Shown here piece by piece: positions 41,313 through 54,807 of a stretch of 64,000 bases of DNA. The translations under genes were made by a program, and so were the position numbers. The notes beneath the pieces are model-generated. The model did not search any database. It had not been told where the DNA came from and saw only the letters and a list, made by a program, of their open reading frames with translations. How positions within the stretch are numbered: position 1 is the first letter of the stretch; each line of letters opens with the position of its first letter. The stretch is from Acanthaster planci (taxonomy: Eukaryota). The stretch is from NCBI RefSeq assembly GCF_001949145.1, contig NW_019091355.1, positions 5,340,517-5,404,516 of the forward strand, in the 5' to 3' direction.

Positions 41313-41841
41313 CGGTGAAGTCTCAAAAATACAATGAACCTTTCCCATAAAATATGCAAATAAGGCAAGCGCATGCACATTACTACCACAGGTTGGCAAA
41401 GTTACTTAAATCTTTGATGTAACAATACAAATCTCCATGAGTGTCACTATCGCCATTTCTGTGCTACTATAGTTTGACATGAGTGCCAAACTTAAAGACA
41501 AGGAACTGTTACTTTCCAACCTCAGGACACTGAAAACTTCACTTAGTTTCAAGAAAAGCGTGCTGAAGTATGGGGCAAAGGCTGTAATATGGTTTTGACT
41601 GACCGTCAACGCTCCAGGTTATGGTTACTGACAGCTCGCCTACGCCACTGACAGTGTTGATGGCTGCACTTGCCAACCAGTTGTAGTAGTGCGCATGCGC
41701 CCGTCCAATTTGCATATTTCATAGGAAAAGTCCATTGCCACACTGTGCTGATCATCTGTTAGTGCGTTTTCAAATGTCTCTGTAACAGTAAGGCATTTGA
41801 GGTCATGTTTCTTGGTATGACGTAATTTTTCAACTCAGTGT

Positions 41842-42040
41842 ATAGAGGTGTTTCATGTGATGTAACATGATGGGCAAAGGCATTTTAGGAAGTATACCAT
41901 GTTCGGTGCACAGTGTATGTATCTATTGGCAAACTTCATGTATGCAAAATGTTGAAAGACTTCGGAGGTGAGCGCATTTCACCACACATCTGTGTAAATT
42001 GAATGCCGACTGTCAAAAATCACATGACTGTAAATCCTCT
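41842..42040. mobile_element. Possible small MITE
   Basis: Ends agaggtgtttcatgtga ... tcacatgactgtaaatcctct form an imperfect inverted pair. Confidence 0.35.
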
Positions 42041-42304
42041 TTACCTATTTGATGCTGACTAAATAGCCCCAAGCGTCAGACATACAGGGACCAGTAGGCG
42101 GATGCATGACCTTATGTTATATGCAGCTGGCCACACATCACAATGCAGTAATCCCTAAATACAGTATCAAATTATCAAATACTGTATTAGAAGCTGGCTG
42201 GTGTAAAACATGTCCTGCAATTAAATGTCCGAGTGAGTGAAACTGGCTACAAAAAGACAGACCCGCACATCTGTAAATGAACTTAATTACAAATGCATGT
42301 ACAG

Positions 42305-42490
42305 TACATTACTAGAGAATCAGCAACATTTCCATACACCCCAACACAGAACATCTGCCTTTCAAACAGTGCTAAATTCTCTGGACCTAAAACAATGGAA
42401 TACTTTACCACTGTCTCTCAAAAGGATAAAGTTCTTACTCAACTTTAAATGTGAACTAACATTATGTACATATTTACCTTCTACATATAC
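42305..42490 (+). mobile_element. CR1/L2-type LINE ORF2 C-terminal remnant
   Basis: HFHTPQHRTSAFQ...QWNTLPLSLKRIKFLLNFKCEL matches the typical LINE ORF2 C-terminus 'RT..F......WN.LP..L.....L..FK..L'. Confidence 0.7.
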
Positions 42491-43899
42491 TTAATGAACG
42501 TCTATAAGTGAAATAGTAAGCATAATTTCATAAGGTGACAGACGAAATGTTCAATTCTACGAGGTGGGTCCCGTTCGCGTATTAATGTCTGTCATTTTGC
42601 GACTCATATTTGTGTCGAAAGCGCTACCCACTGATAGTACCGTGCAATGTTAGACTGGTTTCCATCCCAACATTATTTCCCTTTTTCTTACAGGGAATGA
42701 GATATATGTACATGTATTTCAAATGGGGGGGGGAACTGGTCAAGTGAATGAAGTTCTATTCAACAGGTACCACTGAATATAAAGAATAATTCAATGACGT
42801 GTGATCAACAAACCACCAATCAGATGAAGCAGATTTATGCAGGTATTTTATCTCATCCTTATTAATTCATCTCCTGTCAACTTTCTATCCACATTGTCCT
42901 AATTTCACACAACCCCTGTTACATGTTTGCACAATTACTGTGTATTTTAGTTCTAGTTTTTTGTATTTTTTAAAATTTTGCATGGCATGCCTTACACAAG
43001 CTTTTTGCTTTTCATGTTCTGCTTCCTCTTTTTGACTTGCTTTTCTTACTCATATTCTTCAATATTTTTTGTGATTTACTATGACGAGGTAAAGAGAGTT
43101 ACACTGACGAGGAAGTAAAGGAGAAAAGTCTTACTTTTTGACATTTGGCAAACGAATTAAGAACCCATGTATTTTGTGAAATTTCCATCCTGTTCAATTT
43201 CCCTGCTCTATTTTCCATCCTGCTCTATTCTACGCTGGCCATCCAGAACGATGCATTAATGGAAGGTACAGATGCCAAAAATGAGATTTACATGTAAATA
43301 ACCAGATATACATGAACACAGCGTGCACAAAGCGGCAACAGAAATGGCCTTGTCTCGTCCTGCTGCTAGACGATCTGGGGCTGTCACCTGAAGGAGCCAA
43401 TCTCTGATATTCATCCCTAGTTGTAATAAATACCTGGAAAGTCTCATGGTAATGACCATTTCAACATTCATCCAGGGTTCCTTGCAACATGTCCAACATT
43501 TCTCTGTTGCCCAATTAAACATGTTACTCTTTACAACAAAATGCACAGCCTTTTCTCTGGGCGGTAACAGGGGCACGCTTGTGGGTTGTGCCAGAACCCC
43601 AGGCAGCATCGCCAAAGTAGTCATAGCAGATGGCAGGACGGGGCCAGGGGAGCTGGATTTTAGTGTGGGGGAGGGCAGAAGTTCCAGTCTTCTTTACAAT
43701 TACTATTCTTTTGTTTCTCCCCAAATTTCCAGTAGGGGAAACGACTGGAAATATTTTAAGAGTTAGAATGCCTGCCAACCGTTAATAAAGCTATGCAAAC
43801 AACCAAAGTTCCAACAAGTGCCACAGGGTAACAAATGTCAGCATCTGTCCACATTCTTTCCCTGTTTCCTCTTGGTTTGGAATGACAGAATGACTTCTG

Positions 43900-44132
43900 A
43901 ATCCGCCCCGAGCTGCAGTGCACCCCCAATCGGCGAAAGACAGACAGGTGGTTACAAGCAGGTACTTGCATGCATTCTGCGTGTACCCAAAGACCATACA
44001 TGCTGGAGTAAATTAGTTACGAGTACTTAGCGTGCTCCGCGTCAAACGCACCCATGCTTGAACGCCTCATGGCGCGTCTATGCGCTGAGTACCAAAAAAG
44101 CACGCCCTCTTTTGTTCCGCTCCAACCAGATT
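43900..44132 (-). mobile_element. About 240-bp MITE, copy 2 (inverted)
   Basis: Reverse complement of 18435-18680. Confidence 0.75.
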
Positions 44133-44812
44133 AGGGACAGGATGAGGGAAGCTCTCCAACCATCCTGTACCAGTCCATTATGCATACAATTCTATAGTAA
44201 ATAACCAGTTGGGCTTCAAAAATAAGGCTATGTCGTACTTGTGCTACAGCACAGAGTAACAGGAGATACAGGTATTTAGACCCTACCCTCATCTTTGAAT
44301 TGTCAATATGGAATGATTTATGAATTTTTCATTGTTGCCTCTGAAGCCCTGAGATGCATTTACATGCAATTAGTGAGTACCTGGTAATAATTAATATTAC
44401 TATACCTCATACATATATTCATTATTGAGAGCCAAGTTCTCATTGGACCATTTACTATTAAGTGTCATCTGCTATTTTTGCTGTTTGCCAAGTGTGAACA
44501 CGAGCTTTCATGTACAGAGTAAATAGGCATGCACAGATGAACTAATGCACGGTTACTTGTAGAATAGGGTGTGAACTTGGTGTGCACAAATAACAGCAAA
44601 TGTCACATTAAAAGAATTACTCATTCAAAAATTCCACTGTGGAAGGGGGACGCTATACACGAAGGCCACTCCCCTACTTAAGCCCAGGCCAACGTGCGTT
44701 TTGTGACAACCAGATAAAAAAAAATCTGAATCTCATCATTGGCTTCTATGGCGGTATTAGCAAACTTCAGTGGATAACGGGACACGTACCATACATACCT
44801 GTGTGTGCTTGT

Positions 44813-45417
44813 ACATGGTGCCTTGTGGGGTACCGGAACAATGGAAGGTACCCTACAAGGCCAGTTTTGATCCTTGTGGGGTACTAAAGTGGTACCCCAC
44901 AAGAATTTCACAAAATAGATATTTCAAATTTACTCAAAAGGAGGAATTTTCACGCGCCATTCATCTGTCGCAAATTGAAGTGTTTTATATAAGAGGCGTA
45001 CGGTCGAAATTTCAACCCAGGAAACTGAATTTGGTTGAAATGGCAGTGATCTGAAATTTTTGTGTGTTGTGTGGGAGTTTTGTATTAAGTATACATATGT
45101 AAGGGGGTATGCGCTTATACATGGGGCCTTGTGGGGTACCAGAGCAATGGGAAGTACCCCACAAGGCCAGTTTTTACATTGTGGGGTACCAAATTACCAC
45201 AAGAATTTCACAAAAACTGATATTTGGAAATAACTCAAAAAGGGAAAATTTTTGATGGGTAAAAATCTGTCGCAAATTGAAGTGTTTTATATAAGGGACA
45301 TACGATCGAGATTTCAACCCAGGAAAGTGAATTTGGTTTAAATTGGAGTGATTTGAAATTTTTTTGGCGTGTTGTGTGGGAGTTTTGTACACGAGAACAA
45401 AGGAAATACCCCACAAG
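44813..45417. repeat. Diverged tandem repeat, two units of about 306 bp with internal palindromes
   Basis: 44813-45084 aligns with 45119-45388; each unit has ccttgtggggtac...gtaccccacaagg-type inverted arms; probably the interior of a non-autonomous element. Confidence 0.85.
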
Positions 45418-45874
45418 TATAGCTGTGTAAGGATGTGTGCATGCACATGTGTCTCAACAGGCATCAATTCATTTTCATGCCCGAACTTTTCACACTTCAC
45501 AACAAGAAAAGCGCATCGGCTATGACTGCTGAAAGTACCGTACCACCTGTACACATTATGGACAAACTCTGAACAGCACTCTTCAGCACTCTACATGTAA
45601 ATGACAGCACTCGCTGGTGTGTTAACAATTATAGGTCCAGGCATTATGGAAAGGTCGATCCTGAATACAGTAAGGATCTTTCAAAAGTGAATATGTGTGC
45701 TGGAAACGTAACTGTGCATCCTTCAGACTAGATGCCAGAAGCCCCCAGGCAGTGTTCAACGGCACAGTACTATGCAGACAGAACTTAACACTTGGAATTC
45801 AACTGGGAGATTTTTTTTTGAAAAAAAAAAAAAAAATTTACCTTCACACTCACAGTTCACAATGTTTGAAAGTA

Positions 45875-46088
45875 ATTTCCCACTTGTGTGAAAATAGATG
45901 TGAAAACGTTTTCCCAATTGTGGAAAAAACCTATGAGAAGCCTTTTATAATTACGTGAAAATATGGGAAAATATTTTCCCACTTGTCTGAAAACCTATGA
46001 AAATTCTTTTTTAACTTGTGGGAAAATATGTGAACATCTTTTCCACTTATGGGAAATATGTGACAATTTTCTCACATTGTGGGAAATG
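45875..46088. repeat. Palindromic minisatellite, about 7 units of about 30 bp
   Basis: Unit consensus TTTTCCCACTTGTGGGAAAA plus a linker of about 10 nt. Confidence 0.8.
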
Positions 46089-48741
46089 TTTTCTGTGTTT
46101 TGTGAAATTAAAAGGAATTACCTGGACAGAAAAAAAAAGGAGAAATCTTCTCATTTCCAGGTTAATTTTCAATTCTTAAGTACTGTATGTATGAAATGCA
46201 TGTCGCCAATGATAAAGGTATATGGGGTATGCCAACGCAAGTGTAGGTTTCCAAGGTTTCCTGAGGTTCCAAAGCTTTTAAATGTGTTGAGTGGACTTTG
46301 TTCAGGTAAGACTGTTCAATTAGGGAAGATTCTCCAAGTCTGTTTTCATCAGACTGGGTGACACATTCAACCTCATCCTGCAAATACATCTTTTGAAATA
46401 GCACACTTCCCTGATTAGATGCAAGTACATGCATGTACCTATACAGCTGGGAATTTAAAGAGGAGGTGAGAAATGGCAGGAATAAAGCATGTCACAGCTC
46501 GAGGAAACATTTCCCTTCTGGTAGGCTGAATTTAACAAATACAAAACCATCTGCATTGGTTAGAAGAGAAAAATGGATTGTGTTGACCTTACCTTGTTTT
46601 TTATTCCATTACAATTTATGGGCCTATTTGAACTTTAAAATAAAAACTGAAATGCGTTTGAACAATTAGCCTCCACTTTGCTCACTGAAAATACTTGCCA
46701 GAGAACTTTGCCCACTGGCTACTGAAACATAAAATCATCAAAGATAGGAAGATTAAAGACAATAAAATATCCCAAATCCTTGTCAATTTACACGCAAGTG
46801 CTGAAAGGGCTGTGTCAGTGAGGTTTCTTCCCGAAAGGACAATCCACGTTTGCTTAAAAACATGCAAATGTATTAGTATCAACGTTACAAGGCCACTAAA
46901 ACTGGCAAATTAAAAACTCATCATGAAGATTAACAACCACACAGAGGCACATCCACAAGACCTGCAGCACAGAAAATTACATTTTAAAGGCCCTTCAGTA
47001 ATTTTGTAAGATGCCAATTGTGACTTCATGTATTTACATGTGGACAGAATCAATTAATGCTCTTTGACAATGAGAGATATGGTAATTACACATGCTACTC
47101 ACTGGTTGATGATAACGCCGAGCCACTGCGTCACGGAGTCCAGTCTGCTTTTCAGCACATGTGAAAACCCTTGTTCGACAGGCCTGTATATATCCGTTCA
47201 GAGGAGAGGAAAAAAAAAGAAGTGATCTGAGGTTCCCTCCTACAAGAATCTATACAATCAGGAAATCTGGCCTGTAATAACAGCCATCCAGACAGCACGC
47301 AGTAATGTTCTCCAGAAGGATGATCCTCGCTCCCGGTGACCTGGGAAGAGAAAGATGTGGGACCTTCGGACGACGTGGTGCATCCACTCTGCGGAGATGG
47401 CGACAGCAAACTGGCTCTGTAATTCAGTCGGCACGGAGGCAGTCTGTTTACCACGGCGACTAAATGATAATGGTGGACTCAACCACTTGTTGGCAGGTGG
47501 AGAGTGTGGACCGTCACTGCGGCTTGCTCTCCGCATCAATGGCTCCAGCTAAAAGACTTCCCATGAGCAGACAACTTGTCATATTACTGATGGAACTTTC
47601 AGCAGCTCAAGGAACAGGGTTGCCAGCAGCAAATTACAAATGATTTCAAGATACCACTTTTAATATCATTTTTGGCGCTGTGACTTTATTAATTATTCAA
47701 GCCAAATGGGAGACTCCACTTGTTTGCAGGTGAGGCAAATAAGTATTCACGGTTTGCAGAGACTACTGAATTGATTGGAAATTTAATAGCCGTTCCATGC
47801 TTTCAATGCGTCCAGTATTAAAAAGAGGGAATGGGCGGAAGTATAATCATCATCAAATTATATCCACATCTAGGATGAATTGAAAGCTGTGGCTTTCCTC
47901 CCAGTGTGGTGTGGGTCTGAACAGTGATGACCCTTCATCAAACAGCATACATGTACATATGTGTCCTTCCCATTGAAATATTGAAATCGTCATACTTAAA
48001 CAGCACTTTGTCAATATTGGTGTGTGTTCGTAAATTTACTGGGGCTGGAATTTGTGAAAATGTATTCATTTTGAAACAAAGCACATTTTGAGGTGAAAAG
48101 TTGTGAAAACCATTTTTGTCCTAACATTGGGCATTCCTTTGATGCACATTCCACATAGCCTTATACTTTCTTCAGACTCTACTACCGTTAATCGGTCTCT
48201 GATGAAAAAACAAAAGCATTTTGACCCAAAGAAATATTAAAAACCTGGGAAAACGATACTTCAAGAGCAATTTCAAAGTCCAAACCCTGACAATATCCCA
48301 TTCTTTGAGAAAACAGATTCAACCTCTTTTCCACTTCACGGAATTAATCATTCTTTGAAACCTATTCATGCAATGGAAAGATATTCAAATACAAAAAGAT
48401 CAACTAACGGGCAATCCATACAAAAGGAGAAATTTGGTAAAGCTATTACCGACCTGATTTTTAACTGTAATTCCCGGTAAGACAATGAAAAAAAAAGTGG
48501 AAATCAAAATGATTGTTCAACTTATGATTTCCACTGTCATTTCAAATACCCCTTTTTTGTTCAACAAGTACCAATGATAATGAGGTTGGTAGCTGCATTC
48601 ATGATTCAATTTTCCCTGTTACGTGGAACTGCCAGATGCAGTTATGAGTTATTCCCTTTTCTCAAGGCAATGTCAAATATACAGCAACTTTTCCTTAGTA
48701 GGCCAAAGTGCACTCTGCTTATGCCAGATCAGAGACACTGG

Positions 48742-48770
48742 GTTGCCATAACAACATCCTCCATGGCAAT
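48742..48770. promoter_or_regulatory. RFX X-box-like motif with adjacent half-site
   Basis: gttgccataacaac (two mismatches) followed by ccatggcaat. Confidence 0.45.
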
Positions 48771-49121
48771 GAGAGGGAAGAAATTAAAGATTATCCACAC
48801 AGCAGTTCTTTTAATCAGAAGAGCAAATTCATTGGGAAAAATTAGAGATGCTGTGCTTTCTTTTTTAAGCTCAGTTCATTTAAAAGTGTTTCAAAAGAAT
48901 CAATAAACAGAAAAAAAATTAGGAAAAACATCTAAAACTTGATTTACAATGTAGACTAGAGACCTGACCTCATGGAAGAAGATAGTAGGGATTTCAGTGA
49001 CAAAAACCAACAAAGTTGTCTTCTTTCATTTCTGTTTATAAGGGCCTTTTATCATCTCATGATTCCGTGTTATATACACTGTACATGTACATGTAAATGC
49101 AGTTATAAGTATTAGTTTTAT

Positions 49122-49693
49122 CAGAGATGTAGGTCTTTGGACCAGTCTAGAGACTCATTTTGTAGATCTCAGCATTGGTCTTCGTGTCCCATGGTCTTGG
49201 TCTCGAAAAAATGGGGTCTTGGTATTTTTGCTGGTCTCAGGTTGAGACATTAAATACTGGTATGTAGCCTGTTTTAGCCCCTAAATCAATTACATTGTTT
49301 GTCCAGTGTTGTTTCTGTTGCAATCAGACAAGCTGAAAGTACACCACATTTTGAGTCCCAACCTCATTTTTATTTCATGCATCATACATGTAAGTGGCGA
49401 AGAGAAATACCTTCTAAATTATTTCAACAAGAAACTTTTTTATTATTGGTATGATAATTGTAAGCACTGTAAGGGTAGAGAAAAGCTGAGGGTAATGAAA
49501 AGCTAATCTCGGATTAATCAAAGGATTTAACCTGCATGCAAATTTTAGCATATTTTGTATATTACAAATAATGTAGTTTCTACCTGAGGTCTTATAGTCT
49601 CAATCTCAGGGTGTCTTGGTCTGTCTTGGTCTCACCTTTGTGGTCTTGGAACTGATCTTGGTCTCAGACCGTCTGGCTTTGACCACAACACAA
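49122..49693. mobile_element. hAT-like MITE with GGTCT(T/C) subterminal repeats
   Basis: Clusters of ggtctt/ggtctc at 49130-49248 and 49585-49680; degenerate ends cagagatgtaggtc / gaccacaacacaa; no TSD visible. Confidence 0.55.
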
Positions 49694-52600
49694 TTTAGAA
49701 GATTTTTTTTCAGTTTCATGAAACTTGCCCCGAGCCAAAATTTACTACATGTAATGGCTTCTACTAAACAAAAACGAGACAAAAAAAATGGCGGGCAAGA
49801 TCACTTATTGGTTATCTGTGTCACAAAGAGCCATAAAAATTAAGTACACGTACATGCATGTAGCACGGTACATGTACACAAACTCATGAGTACACATTTC
49901 CCATATTATTGCTACACGTAATATCAGTCACCATGGCAATCAGTCGTTGAGGGTTTCCCTATCTGTTGTTACACGTAATATTAGCTGCCAAGGCAATTAA
50001 CGAAGGAAGGTTCATGCACGGCCTGCTGGGAATCCCAGACCAGAATATTCTTTTTCATTGATGTACCCTCATGTCTTCCTGGAGACGAGTGAAATTTCCA
50101 TGAGGGTTTCATCTGTTTTTTGCATTTTCTGGACTGGAGAACGTTATTTCAAAGGGGAGATAGCTGGAAGATGGAATGAACATACGTGTAAAAACAAACT
50201 TCACTTTCATAATGCGGTCAGCCGACATTGTGTCTCAGTGGGTTGGTAAACGAGGGCATCTCTAGAGATAGGAGGAACTTTAGACAGCCTGATGCTCTTT
50301 CAACTTTGCACTGATAACTTTAAACCACAAACTTTATTTTCAACATACCAGTATTTTCCAACATTCCTATGGCAACTGTCACAAATCTGGTGAAAAAACT
50401 ACAATAACAAAAAAAAAAAATTAAAAATGTTCTCAATGGAATTTCTTTAAAAAGAAAACCATTGGAAGGTCCAAAAAAAAAAAATAAGTAAATAATAATA
50501 AAGATAGTGTGGTCTCAACAACAAAACAAATCTTCTATCTTGACAGGCAGTACTGGCTCTGATCCAAATGTCAATGACATTTGCAAAATTCTACTGAATG
50601 AAAACAGCAGTGGGCAAAAATAACCTTAAATAATACATGACATAAAACTGAAACTACCTGTACAGCCCAAGCGAAACAAAATCTTCTCTTCAAAGGAGAA
50701 AATGGTTTACATGTGTGGTTCAAAATACATGTACATTGTACATACAAGTATTAATAGAAATTATTACACTTTCAATAAAAAGTGAGATGGTTCACTTGAA
50801 TATTCTTTCATGAATAAATACTGTGAAACCATAACGTACAGACTTACTGTACCTGTAGGCAAATGTACTTGCTGATCTTCAAAAAACCCCACACAATAAA
50901 CCCTAACAGCCCAAAAGTTCTGTGAGTAAATTCGCGTACATGGGGGGTTAAGGTCCATGTTATGCAATCCTGAAAGGTCAAAATGAGGGCCTGCAAGTGC
51001 ACTGGAACATCACAAACACTAGGAAGATGCTGACCAAAGAAAAACAAAAGGGAGGGAGGGTGGGTTGTAAATGATCCAAGCATGTGTTCACATTATGTAC
51101 ACAATGTCCTCACTGAGACTGAAGAGGGCGCTGTTCTCAACAAAAGCGAATACAGGAGATACATGTACATATACATGTAAGTGAGTGTGTCTCGTGCATG
51201 TGTGCCTGAGTGTTATGAATGCAAGCACAGTAAGCATATAATTTTACTGACCAATGTTTTTCAAATCTGGAATCAATTTCGGAATCTGATACTTGGTGTT
51301 TCAGGTCCACAAAACCCCAGACACTTCTTCTTTACACTGGTTTTTATGACAAATCTTACACAAATGTTTGTAAGAGGGCAGAGAAAAAGAGTGTTATTGG
51401 GTTACTACTAAAGTATGTACTCAGCTCAGTTATAGTCCTTGTGTAAAATATCCAGGGAGCTAAAGCAGGATGGGGAGAGAACCAAAAGACTGGAAGCACT
51501 TTCCATTACTGACTATTTCTGTGAGAAAGACCCGCAAGATTCCCGGAAAATACCAACATATATGAGATAAATGCCACTTTGGAAAATTTAAGATACAAAA
51601 GGAAAGGGAGATTTCAAAGCCTCTGATCGAATGATGTCAAAGTGCCATGTGACCACATGAGTTCCCCGAGATCAGCAACCACTGCAATAAGCTACCGGGT
51701 AGTCTTTGGTTGGCAATTGTCATACATGTACATGGACATGTACCGGTACATGAGCTTGTGTAAACTACATAGTGAGGCTTACTTTCACGTACAGTGTACA
51801 TGTTAAATAGACATGAATGCTTTATTGACCGGCACAATGGTCACGACCTACATGTGCGTGCATGCAAGTGATGGGTGTTTGTCCCACGTTTTTCTCACAC
51901 TGTTTGCCAATTTATCAAAGCTTTGAAGGCTTGCCTACATCAGTATATGTACCTCAGTACTGTGTGAAACATTACGAACTTTTTCCCCTCTGCTGACTGA
52001 AACTCCCTGGGTAATTTTTCTTTCCAGGGAAGCTCGGTGAATCCTCTAAAAAATCCCACTTGGGGCAGGAAATCCAATTTGATTCTCATGGATACACGTA
52101 CACGTGCAGTGCTTGGATTTAAATCAAGACATCACAAGCCCAATGCAAAGCAGGTGTTGGACTCGACAGAAATTAAGACCTGTAAATGTGAATGTACATG
52201 TGGTGTGGGTGATAAAATAAAAAGTGGCTTCAAACTCCACATTATACCAGTACATGTAAATCCTCAAGGTATCAGAAGGCAGGTGTACATGAACATGGTC
52301 AGACTATGCATCTGAAATCCTACTCGGCTTTAACACGAGAGTGAACGTGTACATGTGCATGGACAGGCAACACAATCAAAGTTTCTACCTATAATATTAC
52401 TGTACATGTAAGTTGGTGGCCATGCATGCCCTTCACTGATTCCAGACCCATCCCTGTAGTAATGGCCTTGCTCTCAAGCACACAAGTGGAATGTCTTATC
52501 TACTGGATAAATGTAAGTTAGCCTCATGCAAGATGTCACTCGAACAGCACTGACCGCTGTCAAATTCTTTGTCAGATACATGTACATACTGGTACCTGTA

Positions 52601-52699
52601 TGCATGGTGGCCGTGGTTTATATCAAAGATCGTACAGTGCCACATAGCGGCGCAAGATGGAGAACTTCACCGTGAATGCGTGTAAAACGTTACAATCAC

Positions 52700-54330
52700 A
52701 TGGGCGCCCTTTTGGGTAGTAATACGCCTGCGAAGCGCATTTTAATGCAACAGGTGCAGGTAGTGCGACAGGCAAGCACACCCGGTATGCCTGAGCCTAT
52801 GCATTAACACTAGAATGGCACCCATGGTGATTACACCTTTTTGGCAGAGTTCTCCATCTTGTGCCGCTACACGGCGCTATACAATCTTTGGTTTATTTCA
52901 CCCAATTCCGTCCATTCTCCAAGTAGATTTAGAAGATGTTCTGGACAATTTCTTTCGAACAGAAATGGGTAACCCCTTCTGTGTAATCGCCCCAGTGTAA
53001 GAAAAGATTTGTGCTCAAGGGAGTGGTCATGTTTGCTTGGATGAATGGCCACTCATAATCCCACAAATTTACCTGAGAACTATATGTGCGTATTTACATG
53101 CGGGAGTGCACTGGAAATCTTCCTTACCTGTGCATCACTGTGGCTAGTCTCATCATATATGTATCAACAAAATCACTACTGATGCCAAACAAAACATCAG
53201 CTATCAGACACAAGGCCAAAAAGTAAAATTCTGTCTGTACAAGTTTCTGCTCTGTCCTATGGACAGCACTCAACAAAGAAAAAAAATATTGACTTGACCG
53301 CATACTGAAATCGGTGGCAAGAGTGTAATACATCGTAACTACGATAGAACCTAGGGTTACTGCATTGCTTCAGGGGATTGGAACTTAAAATGTAGTTGGC
53401 CACTCCTTGAATCAAGAAAAAGCCATGATGCATGTACTTCTGCTCATGCCTTATTCACATGGGTTGGTAGACGTCGACACAAAACTAAATCTTACCATGC
53501 AAAAAAGAACTCACAGAAGGTCCCACCAAATTTGGTATCACCATATCCGTGCTAAAAGTAAGATTTTCAGCACTTCATGTAGCTTCTATCCATCAACTAT
53601 CCCAACCCGGAATAACCTGTCCCCCTCAGTCATTTGGATCAATTTGTAAGTACTTTTTGTAGCAGAGTTTCTCTTCAACACCAACACCACCCACATCTCC
53701 TCTAGCCTTGAGAGGGATGGAGTCAAAGCCGTTTCCTTGGAGGATGAGATACTGAAGTTACACAAAGATACTTCTGTGCAAATATCACCTATCCGGCGAA
53801 GTCTTTGTGATGGCCTCACCTGGCTGGGCAGCAAACCGACGGTTGGCAGGTTCATGTGACACTTGCTATTCTTCCTTATGTACGAGGAGACATTACACTT
53901 TCAATATAATGGTCAGCGTGGATGTTCTTGAAGTTAAATTCAGAACACAGAAAGGCGATACGGCAATAATGATTTATTCATCAAACTGCTCAAGTTCTCC
54001 GGAACCGGAGCAGAATCAACTTCCCTATACAAAAAAAAATATGCGGAGGACAGAAAACAAGAGAATTTGACCCGCATCATCAATTGCGATATGCAGGCCC
54101 TCGGGGCTTTCAATTATGACGAAGTATCAACTTCCAAGGGGGATGTGCAGACAGATGGAGACATTACAATTTGTTGTCCCTGTTGAAAGACACGCGACAA
54201 GAGGAACCTCTTCAATGGCAAAACTCCTCCGTGAAAGAGTGTAAATTTGCATGAATTTGCACAAAACCCTCGAAGCTCCAGTCGTTAAATGCACACACTA
54301 TCTCCTTCACTGAGTCTACATCGCTAATGC
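52700..54330 (+). mobile_element. Eroded CR1/L2-clade LINE ORF2 (AP endonuclease, linker, start of RT)
   Basis: Colinear frameshifted motifs: DLEDVLDNFF; GSGHVCLD..ATHNP; G*SHH (like G.SDH); EGPTKF/WYHHIRAKSK; EDEILKL...SP; QKGD; GFQL*RSINFQ (like GFR..RS...Q). Many stops. Confidence 0.6.
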
Positions 54331-54807
54331 AGGTAATGCATATGTACATCAGGTGGGCAATTCTCATTATGAGTCCATTCATCGGTGCACACATACATGT
54401 ACATTGGTTTGTGTACATGTACATGTTGGCACAGGTATTTATGCATGTACATGTACATATCTGTACTTTAATCTCTGTCATGCTTTCACTGTATCCTGAT
54501 CTCTCTGGGTTTTTTGCAATCCAATTGAAATGGACGCAACAAAGAAGCCAGAGTATGCTGTACGATGTACTATAACTGCTTTAACCCTAATAACACTGTG
54601 CTCAATTCTCCAATCTACAATTTTTCGCAGACCTTAGAGTATTTTATTTTATTGGGCACATCTAGAAGAGCAACTTTTCAGTCATTCATTGGTCATTTGC
54701 AATGACATGTGTACAGAAACACAAAAGTTGCCTGTCTCAGTCAGGTTACCCCGCTGAGGATAAATCTAAAGAGTGAATGATTATTCTGTGCATAAGATTC
54801 TTCTTAA

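Noticed and set aside
45875..46088. CRISPR-like palindromic repeat array
   Set aside because: Linkers are only about 10 nt and similar to each other, repeats are degenerate, there are no cas genes, and the context is eukaryotic.
47150..47560. GC-rich patch with ORFs on both strands
   Set aside because: Several frames are equally plausible and none is recognisable.
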